NCBI GenBank assembly: GCA_043776185.1
Contig: JAYVRS010000328.1
Coordinates: 1-26,372 of the forward strand
Reading direction: 5' to 3'
Length of the DNA stretch: 26,372 nucleotides
From: Bryobacteraceae bacterium
GTDB lineage: Bacteria; Acidobacteriota; Terriglobia; Bryobacterales; Bryobacteraceae
Each line of letters starts with the position of its first letter. Position 1 is the first letter of the stretch. The position numbers and the translations under genes are program-made. Shown here piece by piece: positions 1 to 8,683 of the stretch. Below the pieces are notes generated by a model. That model was not told the origin of the DNA. It made no database searches and saw only the letters and a program-made list of their open reading frames with translations.

Positions 1-13
1 TGCCTCCCGATTT

Positions 14-54
14 TGTTGCCCGTCATGTCTCAGTTCGACGGGTAACACTTTCTT
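14..54 (+). terminator. Possible intrinsic terminator or IS-end hairpin
   Basis: TGTTGCCCGTC (14-24) pairs with GACGGGTAACA (37-47) with one G-U pair and a 12-nt loop, followed by CTTTCTT. No upstream gene is visible in the window. Confidence 0.3.
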
Positions 55-99
55 GAGGCAACAGCTCAGCGCTGGTAGCAGAAGTCGCGAGTCAACGCG

Positions 100-810
100 C
101 GACCAACGACAACTACACTCTTGGCAAAGCAGCGCGGGCTGCCTAAACTGGTGCTGACCGGAGCAGAGGGTAAGGCTCTGCAGGGATGCAACCGGAGCGC
201 TGACTCCGGGGCCAGACCAGGTTCGGGGTGGGGTTGACCTGCCCCGGGCCGGCCGCCTGGGATGGCAAGAAAGCGTTAAATCCCGGAGGTCTGGAGGCAG
301 AGCCTCCAGTTTCAGCAAAGCGTTCATTTCTTATTCGTCCTCCGCCTTTTTCTTCTTGGCCTGCTCCATGCGATAGCTGCCGATGTTGAGCTCCAGGATG
401 ACGCTGTGGTGGACGAGCCGGTCGATGGCCGAGGCGGTGGTCATCGGATCCTTGAAGATCACCTCCCATTTCGAGAACGGCAAGTTGGAGGTGATCAGGA
501 CGCTGCCCCGTTCGTAGCGTTCGGCGAGCAGCGTGAAGAGCACCTCCATTTCTTCGCGGCTCTGCTGCACGTAGCCGATGTCGTCGATCACCAACGCGTC
601 ATAGTAGGCCAGTTTCTTGATCGCCTGGCTCAACCGCAGATCCTTCTTGGCCCGCAGCAGATCCTGCACCAAGCGCACGCAAGTGCTGAAAGCCACTCGC
701 CGGCCTTGCCGGATCAGTTCTTGCCCCAACGCCGATAGCAGATGCGTCTTGCCGCTGCCGGGATTGCCAAAGGCCAGCACGTTCTCGCGCCGGTCCAGGC
801 AACTGGACTC
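100..810 (-). mobile_element. IS21-family insertion sequence remnant (3' part of istB plus downstream end region)
   Basis: Contains the istB fragment; no istA in the window. The left boundary is not securely located and may lie beyond the window edge. Confidence 0.55.
331..810 (-). pseudogene. istB: IS21-family helper ATPase IstB, 5'-truncated
   Basis: Walker A GNPGSGKT, Walker B LVIDDIGY, plus LITSNLPFSKW and AIDRLVHH. Similarity begins abruptly at about LDRRENV, so roughly the N-terminal 80-100 aa are missing. Confidence 0.9.
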
Positions 811-1025
811 ATGCCTGGCACCAATTGAGCTGCCCAATTGGGCTCCTCACCGCCACTTCTCCTTGGGTACCGTCTCCTTAGCAAGTGTTTGCGGACCATA
901 CAGGCAGTGTTTAGCACGGTTAGTTATTACGCTTTCGTTGCCCAAAATCCCGTCAGTGCATCTTTCTGGGATCTGTCACTTTTTCTACTCAATCTGCGCT
1001 TCTGTGTCTGAGGAGTAAGATTTTC

Positions 1026-3221
1026 GTGGCACATCCGTTTCTATTTACCCTGATCGCGGCAACTGGTTTAGCGCTCGCGCAGACCAAGCCGCCGGCACCC
1101 GTCTTGATGGGGGAGCCGATTCCGAGAGGCAAATTAATCACCGTACGCATTTCCGGCTTGGCGGACCAAGTGGCGGTGAAAATTTACCGGGACGGCACGG
1201 AGGACAAAGACTTGAAGGCGAGCCCCCCGATGATCTTCGGAGAAGTGGAACTCACCCTGAGCAAGGCGCTGAGCGCTGGGGAAATCGTGACTCTCACTCA
1301 GACGATCGGAGGGCTGGAAAGTCCCCCTTCGGCCGGCTATCGAGTTCCAGCAATTGCTCCCCCGTCCGTCGAAATTCTGTCCGCGCAAGCCTTCTTGGCG
1401 TACAACCTCGTTCCGGTAACCTTTAAGGTCAGCCACGCCGATACGGTGACGTTCAAGATCTTTGGCGGTCCGAACTGTTCCGAGCGACGGGTGACGCAGG
1501 AGGTGTCGGGCGACGAATTGAAGAAGGGGAAGGCTGATATTGCTTTGGCGGGCCCCTTAGATTCCAGCGAAAATTTGTGTTTGACGTATTTAGCTTCGCA
1601 TAAGGGAGCTCTCGATAAAGCGGGCGTATTCAAAGTAGATGTCATTGGGTTAGACTTCCGGTTGGACGGCCCACCCACCGAGGGTCAGCAAGAATTGAAA
1701 GGCAAAGCTGGGTCCTTCATTAAGGGGATGGTAGTGTACGTTTTAGGAGGAGCCTTTCCAGAATCCCGCATTCCGGCCAAAGAACTTAGCCCGACCTTGG
1801 ACAAGCTAAAGACAAACTTCAAGGCGCGTCTGAATATAGAGACCATTCAGCGCGGCCCCGCAACTTCCATTCCTCTCGGTATGTCGTATCTGCAGCTTAA
1901 GAGCCGGCTGAATGAGGTCACTGGGGACCTAAGAGAGGAAGATCCACCAAAACCGAAGAATCAAAAGAAGTCGCTACTTACGCCCAATCAAAAAAGCGAG
2001 GAAGAAAAAGACTATGCAGCGAACGACCTGCGCGACGAAATCTTCCATGACTCCGCCTCGATTGAAAAGGGAGCATTCACGTTTACGCTGAAGCAACGGC
2101 TGGAGGCCGGGCAGCGTTTGGTGATTTGCGCCCTGGTGGAGAATGAACCCGGGTTGAGTCGGCCTTTTTGCGACGAACGGAATCACGTGGTCCAGTCCGT
2201 CGCCATCGATTTCGGTCGTTTGCGCGCCTATTTTTCCGCGGGCACCGTGATTAGTGCCCAAGACGGATCGTTTGGCAAAGCCGCCCCGTACCTTGCGTTC
2301 AATGCTGATTTTGCTTTTGCGAACGCTCTCATTTCGAAGATAGAAAAAAAATCTCTTCCGCTGGTGGCGGGTGATGCTAAACCTGCGGTCGATTCCTGCG
2401 AAGCCCTCGATTGCCTCAAGAATAGGCGTTTTGGCTTCTCTCTGCACGCATTTCTCGACGTCCGTCTGACTCAGGCGGCGACCGATAGCAAGGCGGCGAC
2501 GCCGTTGACTGCCGTAGCGGTTGGCCCCACTCCGCAGCAGGCCGGAGTGGCTCAGATGGGATTCTACTTACCCATGCGGGTCTCGGGAATGGACTGGGTC
2601 TATCGCGGCACCCAGTATTCCGCTTATTTCGCGCCAGTGGGAAAGTTTGGCATTACTCATTTGAAGGATGGCGTCATCCTGAACAGCCAAGACGTGACTA
2701 CGAAGACCACCGTGCAGGATCTGCTGCGGCCCGATGCGGCAGCCAAGGTGACGAACAGCGATCCGGCCACCAAATCGAACGCCACGCAGAACGCCTTACC
2801 TTTTTACGGCTATGGGTTGCGGTTAGGACTGATGCGATACGAACTGATGGGGAGGACGCTAAAGAATCGCCAGATCGCTCCGGACAATTCCGCTTACGTC
2901 GATTTCACTTATGGGCAAAACGGCATTTACCGTCGCAAAGTGGAAGATGCGGCTGTCCAATCGCTTCCGCGGATCACGACCGACAATATGCTCAGGACGA
3001 CGGTTCAGACCACATCGACCAATACTTCCCACCTTCTGGTTCCCGGCTTTAATATCGAGGGCCGGATGAAGCTTCCTTACCTGCCGGCCCAAATCGGCGT
3101 GGATATCTTCTTACATCGGCGGCTGCCAGACCAGAGTGCCTCGTCGGACTTTCGCTTTATTCTGGGCTTCCGTGTGGATGTGGCGAAGGCGCTCAGCCGG
3201 GCGTTTGGCATGGCACCCTAG
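1026..3221 (+). CDS. Large exported protein (731 aa): signal peptide, Ig-like domains, C-terminal beta-strand-rich (beta-barrel-like) region
   Basis: Long ORF, GAGGAG RBS before a GTG start, N-terminal hydrophobic stretch ending ALA-Q. The motif LSKALSAGEIVTL recurs as LKQRLEAGQRLVI. The C-terminal half has alternating hydrophobic strands (AYFSAGTVI, FYGYGLRLGL, FRFILGFRVDV). Confidence 0.8.
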   Translation: MAHPFLFTLIAATGLALAQTKPPAPVLMGEPIPRGKLITVRISGLADQVAVKIYRDGTEDKDLKASPPMIFGEVELTLSKALSAGEIVTLTQTIGGLESPPSAGYRVPAIAPPSVEILSAQAFLAYNLVPVTFKVSHADTVTFKIFGGPNCSERRVTQEVSGDELKKGKADIALAGPLDSSENLCLTYLASHKGALDKAGVFKVDVIGLDFRLDGPPTEGQQELKGKAGSFIKGMVVYVLGGAFPESRIPAKELSPTLDKLKTNFKARLNIETIQRGPATSIPLGMSYLQLKSRLNEVTGDLREEDPPKPKNQKKSLLTPNQKSEEEKDYAANDLRDEIFHDSASIEKGAFTFTLKQRLEAGQRLVICALVENEPGLSRPFCDERNHVVQSVAIDFGRLRAYFSAGTVISAQDGSFGKAAPYLAFNADFAFANALISKIEKKSLPLVAGDAKPAVDSCEALDCLKNRRFGFSLHAFLDVRLTQAATDSKAATPLTAVAVGPTPQQAGVAQMGFYLPMRVSGMDWVYRGTQYSAYFAPVGKFGITHLKDGVILNSQDVTTKTTVQDLLRPDAAAKVTNSDPATKSNATQNALPFYGYGLRLGLMRYELMGRTLKNRQIAPDNSAYVDFTYGQNGIYRRKVEDAAVQSLPRITTDNMLRTTVQTTSTNTSHLLVPGFNIEGRMKLPYLPAQIGVDIFLHRRLPDQSASSDFRFILGFRVDVAKALSRAFGMAP

Positions 3222-3239
3222 TGTTCTGATTGTAAAGCA

Positions 3240-3497
3240 CTAGTAGCCCAGCTTCGCTTCCACGCAGTGCAGCAGCGTGCGGACGCAGTACACCACGAGG
3301 AGCGCTTCGGGCGCTGCGAGGAGGACTTCGTTGGGGGGGGGCGACGCTGGCGCGGTTGCGGATCGGGTTGAGGACGGAGACGATGGCGGTGAGGGAGTTT
3401 GGGGGGGCGAGAGGTCCTCGGCCCTGGCTCCTTTGGCTTGGAACTGGGGGTGCTTTTCGCGGAGGATTTTAAAGGGGCGGGTGAGATCCGGGGGCAA
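3240..3497 (-). CDS. Small hypothetical ORF or gene remnant with Pro/Ser linker
   Basis: Protein-like C-terminus (NEVLLAAPEALLVVYCVRTLLHCVEAKLGY), but only a weak TTG start; contains G9 and G7 tracts. Confidence 0.3.
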   Translation of the reverse strand: MPPDLTRPFKILREKHPQFQAKGARAEDLSPPQTPSPPSSPSSTRSATAPASPPPNEVLLAAPEALLVVYCVRTLLHCVEAKLGY

Positions 3498-3567
3498 GTC
3501 AGCGTATCCACGCGTGTCCCTGGTTTCGCTCCAACTTTTTCCAATTAAATGACTTATCGCCGCCGAG

Positions 3568-3594
3568 ATGCGGTGGAATGACCTTCCACCGCAT
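3568..3594. terminator. Perfect 11-bp hairpin
   Basis: ATGCGGTGGAA-TGACC-TTCCACCGCAT, immediately after the TAA of a small minus-strand ORF (3595-3711). No strong U-tract. Confidence 0.4.
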
Positions 3595-3699
3595 TTACGC
3601 CGCCCGATCCCTCTTCGCCCGCTTGATCCACTTAGCGATCTCGATAGCCGTAGCCCCCATCGACAGGAGGGACCGCATCAGCCTAGTTGGTGCCAAGTA

Positions 3700-3888
3700 C
3701 TCGCCAAGCATTATGCACGTGCCGGCATTGTGGAGTATTGGGTGCTGGACCTAACTGGCAGCCGTCTGATTGTGCATCGGCGTCCGGAGGCGGGCACCTA
3801 CCAGGATGTGATGGCTTACGCCGAGCAAGAGTCAGCGGCTCCGCTGCCGGCGCCGGGTGCGGGGCTGGTGGTGGGTAGTCTTCTATAG
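3700..3888 (+). pseudogene. Uma2-family (DUF820) endonuclease, C-terminal fragment
   Basis: KHYARAGIVEYWVLDLTGSRLIVHRRPEAGTY matches the Uma2 C-terminal signature (YAxxGIxEYWxxD). The upstream sequence is unrelated. Confidence 0.8.
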
Positions 3889-3900
3889 CGAGGAAACTGT

Positions 3901-4812
3901 TTATCGGCGGGCGTTGGCAAGCCGCGCCTGGAATCTTTCGGTGAGCTTAGCCTCCAATCCTGTTGGATCCTCCCAAAAGAGATGCTGGTATTGGCGAACA
4001 TCGAACGAGAGAACTGGTCCTGGGCCCTCTTCCGTCCGGCATGTCCAAAATATCGGTTTGCCAAGCGCCTCGGCAAACCCTGCCTCATAGTAGACGTTTG
4101 GCCGATGGGAGGTTACGTCGACAACGACAAACTGAGAGCGTCGAATGTCTGCCATGACACGGTCGCAGATTTTTTCAGGAAAATGCTGCCGGTCCACGCG
4201 GATGGCCTGGAAACCACAGAACTGAATGGCACGGCTAATCGCCGCATAGGCGTCATCCAGTTCGGGGGCAAAACTCATGGCGATGAAGCCGACGCCAGTC
4301 CCGCCGGAGATCGGTTCGAGGGCGATCCAGGCCTTTGGCGTTAGGCGAAACCCTGTCGGCTGGCCTGGGACGCCTTGGTGTAATTCAACCAAGCCTTCCG
4401 ACATTAGGCCATCAAGAATGCCGCTAACTTCCTCGGCGCTTCGCGCCTGTAGTTCAGCCCAGCAAGTATTAAAGTCCCAACGCACGTGTGCGCCAACAAA
4501 CTTAGAATGCTTCTCCATGAACTCCAGAAGCGTGTGACGTTTTGTGGAGTAGGAAATGCTCTGGTATGCCTGGATCAATTGATCTATGTTCGTCGTATCG
4601 ATATGGAATCGCTGACCAGTTGCTAACTGAGCTTGCGCAGACGCGATAGAAAGGCACCATCTTCGGTCGACGTAGTTTTGTTCGCGGAGTAGATCTTGGG
4701 CTTCCTCTGGTAGGGTGAATTTCTTGCAGGCTTTGCATTCGTACCAGAAAGTCTCAGTATCGCTGCGGTAGCCACCATCACAGGGTTCGCCGCACAGAGG
4801 ACAATTGGGCAT
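3901..4812 (-). CDS. Zn-finger + winged-helix-like + nucleoside 2-deoxyribosyltransferase-like (TIR-like fold) protein, 303 aa
   Basis: CPLC...ECKAC at the N-terminus, a helical middle ending GFRLTPKAW, then FIAMSF...DIRRSQFVVVDVTSHRPNVYYEAGFAEALGKP...FDVRQY. Start moved to ATG 4812 because protein-like sequence begins there. Confidence 0.8.
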   Translation of the reverse strand: MPNCPLCGEPCDGGYRSDTETFWYECKACKKFTLPEEAQDLLREQNYVDRRWCLSIASAQAQLATGQRFHIDTTNIDQLIQAYQSISYSTKRHTLLEFMEKHSKFVGAHVRWDFNTCWAELQARSAEEVSGILDGLMSEGLVELHQGVPGQPTGFRLTPKAWIALEPISGGTGVGFIAMSFAPELDDAYAAISRAIQFCGFQAIRVDRQHFPEKICDRVMADIRRSQFVVVDVTSHRPNVYYEAGFAEALGKPIFWTCRTEEGPGPVLSFDVRQYQHLFWEDPTGLEAKLTERFQARLANARR

Positions 4813-5108
4813 AATCGATTCTAGCGAAATTCGGCTGATAATGCGTGTTGTGTTTCTCGAGTACCGGAATAGAAGTGTGGCTAGACGCTCGGAACCTCCA
4901 CGGCTAAAAGCCCTAGGCAGAGCAATATGTACTGTTCTTGAGAGCCTGGTGTGTAACTTTATTGGCACGTGCTCGGCTTTGTGCAGCGGGCACATAGGTA
5001 ACACTCTAGCCCATCGCGTCAGGGGTGGCGAATGGACTCCAGTTGTACCGACGGTTGCGAATGTTTCGGACGAACAACTGGGGTCCGAAGCGTTAAAATT
5101 TACAGAAT

Positions 5109-6104
5109 TCAGGCCCGCGCCAAGATTCGCCTTCCGCGGGGCAATGGATTTGATTTGTGCCGGAAGCGCCTGGACGCGAGGGGGGGAATGGCCAGCAGAT
5201 CCAGAACTTGCTCCGCGGACGAAGGTCGCAGCGAAGGGTTATCGGAAATCGCCGCTTGGATCGTCGTTAACCAAGATCGGGGCAGGCCGCCGTTGAGGTT
5301 GCAAGGGGCACCCGCCACCATTTCGTTTAGCAGCACTCCCAGTGCGTAGATATCGGTTAGCTCAGTGACCGGCTGACCCTTCAACTGTTCCGGTGCCATA
5401 TAGCCGCGCGTCCCCATGACTCGGCTGAGGCCCGGCGCGCGACGATCGGCTAGTCCGAAATCCATGATGACGGCGCGGCTGGGCGTCAGCATGACGTTTG
5501 ACGGCGTTAGATCCAGATGCACGATACCCATTCGATGAATGGCGGTGAGTCCACGAACTAACTGCTCGACGATGGTTTGCGCTTCAGTTAGGCGAAGGGG
5601 GCCCGTGCGGCGCAGGCGGGCAGCCAAGGATTCACCCTCCACTAATTCCATGGTTAAAAAGGCCACGCCGGTATGGCGGCCGATGTCGAAGAGCCGGCAG
5701 ACATTGGGGTGAGTGACTTGACGCCCGATCTGTAATTCGCGGCGAAAGTTCCCTAGCAAATCCGTATGCATTACTTTAAGCGCAATGGTGCTCTCCGCTT
5801 CGTGATCGAAAGCGGCATAGACCTCGCCCATACCGCCTGCTCCAATTATCTGTAAGATTTGGTACCGGCCAGCGAGACAATCGCCCGGCATGAAACGCGC
5901 CTCGGGCGGTGAGTGTAATTTCTTTACCGCATCCGGTGCGTCTTCGAGAAATTCGCCGGCGTCCTGATCTTGCCGGAGTAACTGCTCCACGTCGGCGGCA
6001 AGGTCCGCTTCGACGCCGGCTAACAGAACGGCGCGGCATTCAGAAGGTTGACTGCGGCACAGTTCAAATAGCTCGAGAATGCGCACCCAACGCTCCGCGG
6101 TCAT
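5109..6104 (-). CDS. ECF-associated Hanks-type Ser/Thr kinase, kinase domain only (no TM or sensor tail)
   Basis: GAGGMGEV, IALK, HLDLTPSN, DFG, GYMAPE, DIYALG. N-terminal extension (ERWVRILELF...VEQLL) typical of kinases paired with TIGR02999-type ECFs. ATGA overlap with the ECF gene. Confidence 0.9.
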   Translation of the reverse strand: MTAERWVRILELFELCRSQPSECRAVLLAGVEADLAADVEQLLRQDQDAGEFLEDAPDAVKKLHSPPEARFMPGDCLAGRYQILQIIGAGGMGEVYAAFDHEAESTIALKVMHTDLLGNFRRELQIGRQVTHPNVCRLFDIGRHTGVAFLTMELVEGESLAARLRRTGPLRLTEAQTIVEQLVRGLTAIHRMGIVHLDLTPSNVMLTPSRAVIMDFGLADRRAPGLSRVMGTRGYMAPEQLKGQPVTELTDIYALGVLLNEMVAGAPCNLNGGLPRSWLTTIQAAISDNPSLRPSSAEQVLDLLAIPPLASRRFRHKSNPLPRGRRILARA

Positions 6105-6721
6105 GTCAGTTCACCGTAGAGCCAGGCCTTGGCGATGGTCCAATCGCGTTTGATGGTACGCGAACAGACTGCTAAGTGGATAGCAACCTCGTCTTCCGTC
6201 ATTCCGCCAAAGAAACGCAATTCTACGACCAATGCTTGGCGCGGGGCGAAAAGGGCGAGCCGGTCCAGCGCCTCATCGAGATTCTGGATTAGTTCACATT
6301 CTCCATCGCCAGCCAATTGGAGATTCTCCAAGTTCAGCTCGATCTGGCCCGCGCCGCGCTTGAGAGCCCGACGCTGGCGCGCATGATCCGTCAAGATGCG
6401 ACGCATGACGGTGGCGGCCATAGCAAAGAAATGCGAACGGTCTTGCCAGTGCGGGGTCTGTTGGCCAGCCAATTTGAGGTAGGCTTCGTGGACGAGGGCC
6501 GTCGGTTGCAAGGTATGGTCCGGCCGCTCGCGGCGAAGGAATCCAGCGGCCAGTCGTTTGAGCTCGGCATAGACACTCGGCACCAGTTCAGCCTCGGCGG
6601 ACTTATCGCCCGCCGCCAAGCGACGTAACAGACTGGTAATTTCGCGTTCCTGATCTAAGCAGTCAGAAATGGCGGGTAGATAGCCAATCGGAGAACGATC
6701 CTCGTCGGCGCGGCGCTTCAT
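6101..6721 (-). CDS. ECF sigma factor, kinase-associated type (TIGR02999 / EcfP-like)
   Basis: EITSLLRRLAAGD, LQPTALVHEAYLKL, WQDRSHFFA, LDEALDRL, VVELRFFGG. GAGGAGG RBS; translationally coupled to the kinase. Confidence 0.93.
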   Translation of the reverse strand: MKRRADEDRSPIGYLPAISDCLDQEREITSLLRRLAAGDKSAEAELVPSVYAELKRLAAGFLRRERPDHTLQPTALVHEAYLKLAGQQTPHWQDRSHFFAMAATVMRRILTDHARQRRALKRGAGQIELNLENLQLAGDGECELIQNLDEALDRLALFAPRQALVVELRFFGGMTEDEVAIHLAVCSRTIKRDWTIAKAWLYGELT

Positions 6722-6809
6722 GACTTATCCTCCTCGATGAGCTTGGTTTGCTTACCAGAAGAAGACGTATCTCATACAGATTTCCCTTTTCGGAGTTACT
6801 CGAACTTAC

Positions 6810-7724
6810 TTACACCATGATCTGGCCGGGCAAGCCAAGGTCAGCGAGGGCCTTGGCCAGGGGCGAGACGACTACGAAATGCGCGACGTTAGTACCGGTG
6901 ATCAGTCCGATGGGATGACCTGCGGCGTCAGCGGTGACGACGAGGCCGCCAGAATTCCCAGGCAGCGCGAATTGAGTGTCATCGGCCTGCACGAGAATAC
7001 TGCCATTGAACTCGACATCGTCCAGAGAGCAGGGAAAGTTGCTCGCGCCCATGGCGACGTGAAAAGTACCCACGCCCGTAACGGTACCGAATGCGTCAAC
7101 GCCGTTGACCGAAACTTTCACCCGCAGATTCACGGTGGGAGTGAACGGGTTCGGGTTAGGAGTCCAACCGGGAGGCCAGGCTGGAACGATTCCAGCGGCG
7201 GGATCGAGCAGGCAAGCCGCGGCGTCCGCTTGGTGGCCGTGAGGCTTTAGCTCGCTGAAAACGATCGTCCGGCTCACCCGCTTGGTACCCAAGTACACGC
7301 CATGGGACGGGTCGGCTAGCGGTAAATGCCGGCCATTGCAGGCCAGGACGTGATTCGCCGAGAGGAGCCAGACGCCGTCCGCATTCCGCGCAAAGGCCCC
7401 GATCGACCCAGGAATTTCACCTTGAGCGCCGCGAACCGAAACCGGCGAACCCATCCTGCCAGCGGGTGAGCCGGCCGCCGCCACAAGGGCTAAAGGCGCA
7501 GCCGGACTCGGCACGGCGGAGAAACGGCACATCGGTACGCGGTGAATCCGCACCGGAAGCAGTCCCAGCGCATCGAAGCCACTGAGAAAACCCACGAAGC
7601 CGGGTGGAAGATAGATCGTCAAATCCCAATGGCCGCCCTCTTGGGTGAGCGAATAGCCCACCCGATTCGATAGCTGGTGCATAATCGGACGAATCCGCTC
7701 AATCAGCTCTTGGTAATCCATCAT
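6810..7724 (-). CDS. Trypsin-fold serine protease with N-terminal pro-region (Nal1-like architecture)
   Basis: Triad candidates LSANHV (His), ADAA (Asp) and PGNSGG (Ser). No signal peptide. Start could be 7724 or 7754. Confidence 0.82.
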   Translation of the reverse strand: MMDYQELIERIRPIMHQLSNRVGYSLTQEGGHWDLTIYLPPGFVGFLSGFDALGLLPVRIHRVPMCRFSAVPSPAAPLALVAAAGSPAGRMGSPVSVRGAQGEIPGSIGAFARNADGVWLLSANHVLACNGRHLPLADPSHGVYLGTKRVSRTIVFSELKPHGHQADAAACLLDPAAGIVPAWPPGWTPNPNPFTPTVNLRVKVSVNGVDAFGTVTGVGTFHVAMGASNFPCSLDDVEFNGSILVQADDTQFALPGNSGGLVVTADAAGHPIGLITGTNVAHFVVVSPLAKALADLGLPGQIMV

Positions 7725-7729
7725 GGCAT

Positions 7730-8626
7730 CTAGGGAGTAAACGACCCGTTGCATGCGGAGCAGCAGGATTTGCAGCCCTCGCCATTGAGGGGCTGGGAGC
7801 TGGAGAAACGAGCTGTCCTCGCGAAATCCACCAGATGGTCCACCAGTTTCGGCCGGCTCTTGAGCGAGCTTAGCTCCAGCGCCGACAGACCAGGAGGCAA
7901 GTCCGGTTGCATCGCCAGATCTTTCGGCGGGCCAGCTAACTGAACTGTCGTCTGGCCGAAGAGGCTAGTCGACAGCGCGAATTCATCTTGCGAATGGCTG
8001 GCGCTCACCGCTTGGTCAGGTGGCGAGTCAATCAGATGAAGGGTAGCCACCTTGGCATGGTTGGGGAACTCCGTGAACGACGAACTCTGCCAGTAGCTCT
8101 GAAGTCCGTCCGGTGAAGTGAGCTCAATGAAATCAAAAGAAGTGGTCACCGCGTATTCGAATACGGTGAGGCCACAAACCTTGGTGGCTGGCGCGATGAG
8201 CTTGGCCGGATTGGTGACGACGGCGTCGCCCAGGCGCAGGTAATGAATCTTTCGCGGGCGCGGCAGAGCGAGGCTAGCCCAGATACGCTCGTCCTTGGCA
8301 TCGGGCAGCGCCGTCACCAGAATGGTGGGCGTGAGGGTAGGGTCGAGTGAATTGGCGGCCGTCTTTGGTGACGTACTAACACCGCGCAAAGTGGCGCTGA
8401 AGCCGCGCGGCACGTCGGTTTCGAGCAGCCAATTGCCGAGCCGGTATTGGTGGTCGCCACCGATGTTGAGGGCGTACGCGTGGAACTCGTCGCCGGGACC
8501 TTCGACCAGCGAGACCAGCCCGTGAAAGGCCACGTAAAAGCGATTGTCCGCCGGTGGCGCGGGGATGGATAGGTCGACGAAAAAGTCGCCATTTTTGTCG
8601 CGAAGTTGGATGATTGTTTCGGCCAT
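7730..8626 (-). CDS. Unknown protein (298 aa), paralog B, Cys-rich C-terminal tail GEGCKSCCSAC
   Basis: Long ORF with AAGGAG RBS; colinear motif identity with 8684..9544. Confidence 0.85.
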   Translation of the reverse strand: MAETIIQLRDKNGDFFVDLSIPAPPADNRFYVAFHGLVSLVEGPGDEFHAYALNIGGDHQYRLGNWLLETDVPRGFSATLRGVSTSPKTAANSLDPTLTPTILVTALPDAKDERIWASLALPRPRKIHYLRLGDAVVTNPAKLIAPATKVCGLTVFEYAVTTSFDFIELTSPDGLQSYWQSSSFTEFPNHAKVATLHLIDSPPDQAVSASHSQDEFALSTSLFGQTTVQLAGPPKDLAMQPDLPPGLSALELSSLKSRPKLVDHLVDFARTARFSSSQPLNGEGCKSCCSACNGSFTP

Positions 8627-8683
8627 TGTGTATCTCCTTGTAAGGGCTCAGGAGTAAGGACGCCTAAGCCCGCACAATCCCTT

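Noticed and set aside
835-4810. CAATTGGGC at 835-843 and 4802-4810 as element ends or a target duplication
   Set aside because: Only 9 bp, and the second copy is inside a coding start; consistent with chance.
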